DNA from: Chthonomonadales bacterium
GTDB lineage: Bacteria; Armatimonadota; Chthonomonadetes; Chthonomonadales; Chthonomonadaceae
Direction of reading: 5' to 3'
Length of the DNA stretch: 26,226 nucleotides
Assembly: GCA_038217285.1 (NCBI GenBank)
Contig: JBBQPO010000054.1
Coordinates: forward strand, 1 to 26,226
Below the pieces are notes generated by a model that saw only the letters and a list, made by a program, of their open reading frames with translations, did no database searches and had not been told where the DNA came from. Shown here in pieces: positions 25,467 through 26,226 of this stretch (position 1 is its first letter; each line of letters starts with the position of its first letter). The translations under genes were made by a program, and so were the position numbers.

Positions 25467-26226
25467 TTGATAGAGATAGATATCGAGTTTGTGAAGCAGA
25501 TCGCACACGAAGCAGGGCGGAACGCCCTGAAGATGCTGGCCGACATCCAGCCGGAGTTCAAGTCGGATAACAGCTATGTCACGCACATCGACCGCCAGAC
25601 GGAGAAGTTCATCCAGGCGCGCCTGGAGACGAAATATCCGGGCTTCGCCTTTCAGGGCGAGGAGTACGGACGGTTTGGGAGTGAAGCGGGGCCGCTCTGG
25701 GCCGTCGATCCGATAGACGGCACGACCAACCTCGTCTTCGGCCTGCCGATCTGGGGTGTCTCGATCGGACTGGTCGCGGAGGGCAAGGCCGCTGCTGGTG
25801 CGTTCTATATTCCGACCACCGATGAGATGTTCTGGGGAGAGATCGGCAAGGGGTCTTACTGCAACGGTGTCCGTCTGGAGGCCAGGGACCGCGACGATCT
25901 GCATCACGAAGATACACTGGGCTTTACCAGCACCGCGATCAAGACGCTGGATCTCACCTCCCTGACCGGACGGATTCGCTGTCTCGGCAGCATCGCCGCC
26001 GAAGTCGCCTATACCGCGAAGGGCGCCTTTTGCAGTCACGTCGGCATCAACGAGGGCGCCAACGACCTGACCGCCGTCCTCTGCATCGCGCACGAAGCCG
26101 GCTGCGTCTCCGCCTACCTCACCGGTGAGCCGCTGGACATGGCCGAGATCGTGCACGAGGGCAGGACACGGGCCGGGTTCGTCGTCGCGCCGCCCCGCAT
26201 GACCGAATATATTCAGGCCAACGTCC
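25467..26226 (+). CDS. Inositol monophosphatase family protein (3' end runs out of the window)
   Basis: Not in the ORF track. Manual translation from TTG 25467 (SD AAGGAG 25456-25461): MIEIDIEFVKQIAHEAG..KSDNSYVTHIDRQTE..GEEYG..WAVDPIDGTTN..WGVSIGL..RCLGSIAAE..NDLTA..EAG, open to the window end. Confidence 0.9.
   Translation, partial: MIEIDIEFVKQIAHEAGRNALKMLADIQPEFKSDNSYVTHIDRQTEKFIQARLETKYPGFAFQGEEYGRFGSEAGPLWAVDPIDGTTNLVFGLPIWGVSIGLVAEGKAAAGAFYIPTTDEMFWGEIGKGSYCNGVRLEARDRDDLHHEDTLGFTSTAIKTLDLTSLTGRIRCLGSIAAEVAYTAKGAFCSHVGINEGANDLTAVLCIAHEAGCVSAYLTGEPLDMAEIVHEGRTRAGFVVAPPRMTEYIQANV

Overview
GC-rich bacterial chromosomal window. The gene content looks Armatimonadota/Planctomycetota-like, which is an inference only. 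From left to right: a minus-strand cluster (NAD-dependent epimerase, Tat-type DUF1501 protein, DUF1549/DUF1553 planctomycete cytochrome c protein); a divergent partial histidine operon hisD-hisB-hisH-hisA; two tandem paralogous small membrane proteins; a BatA/vWA protein; a TlpA-like redoxin; a xylose/rhamnose-isomerase-family enzyme; an XRE regulator divergent from a secreted hypothetical protein; two cyclophilins; a GHL10 glycoside hydrolase; an FAD oxidoreductase with a large out-of-frame internal deletion; a low-GC two-gene cassette; a DUF4175-like membrane protein; and a 3'-truncated inositol monophosphatase-family gene missing from the ORF track. The best candidate for an undescribed system is the low-GC cassette at about 20827-22476. 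It encodes an ABC/AAA_21 ATPase and a minimal TOPRIM-motif protein, is bounded by a short direct repeat, and resembles PARIS/OLD-type anti-phage or toxin-antitoxin modules. Also notable are a 120-nt multi-hairpin element at 1159-1278 and the PspB-like paralog pair. No rRNA, tRNA, CRISPR array, transposase or integrase was seen. All family calls come from motifs read by eye, not from database searches.
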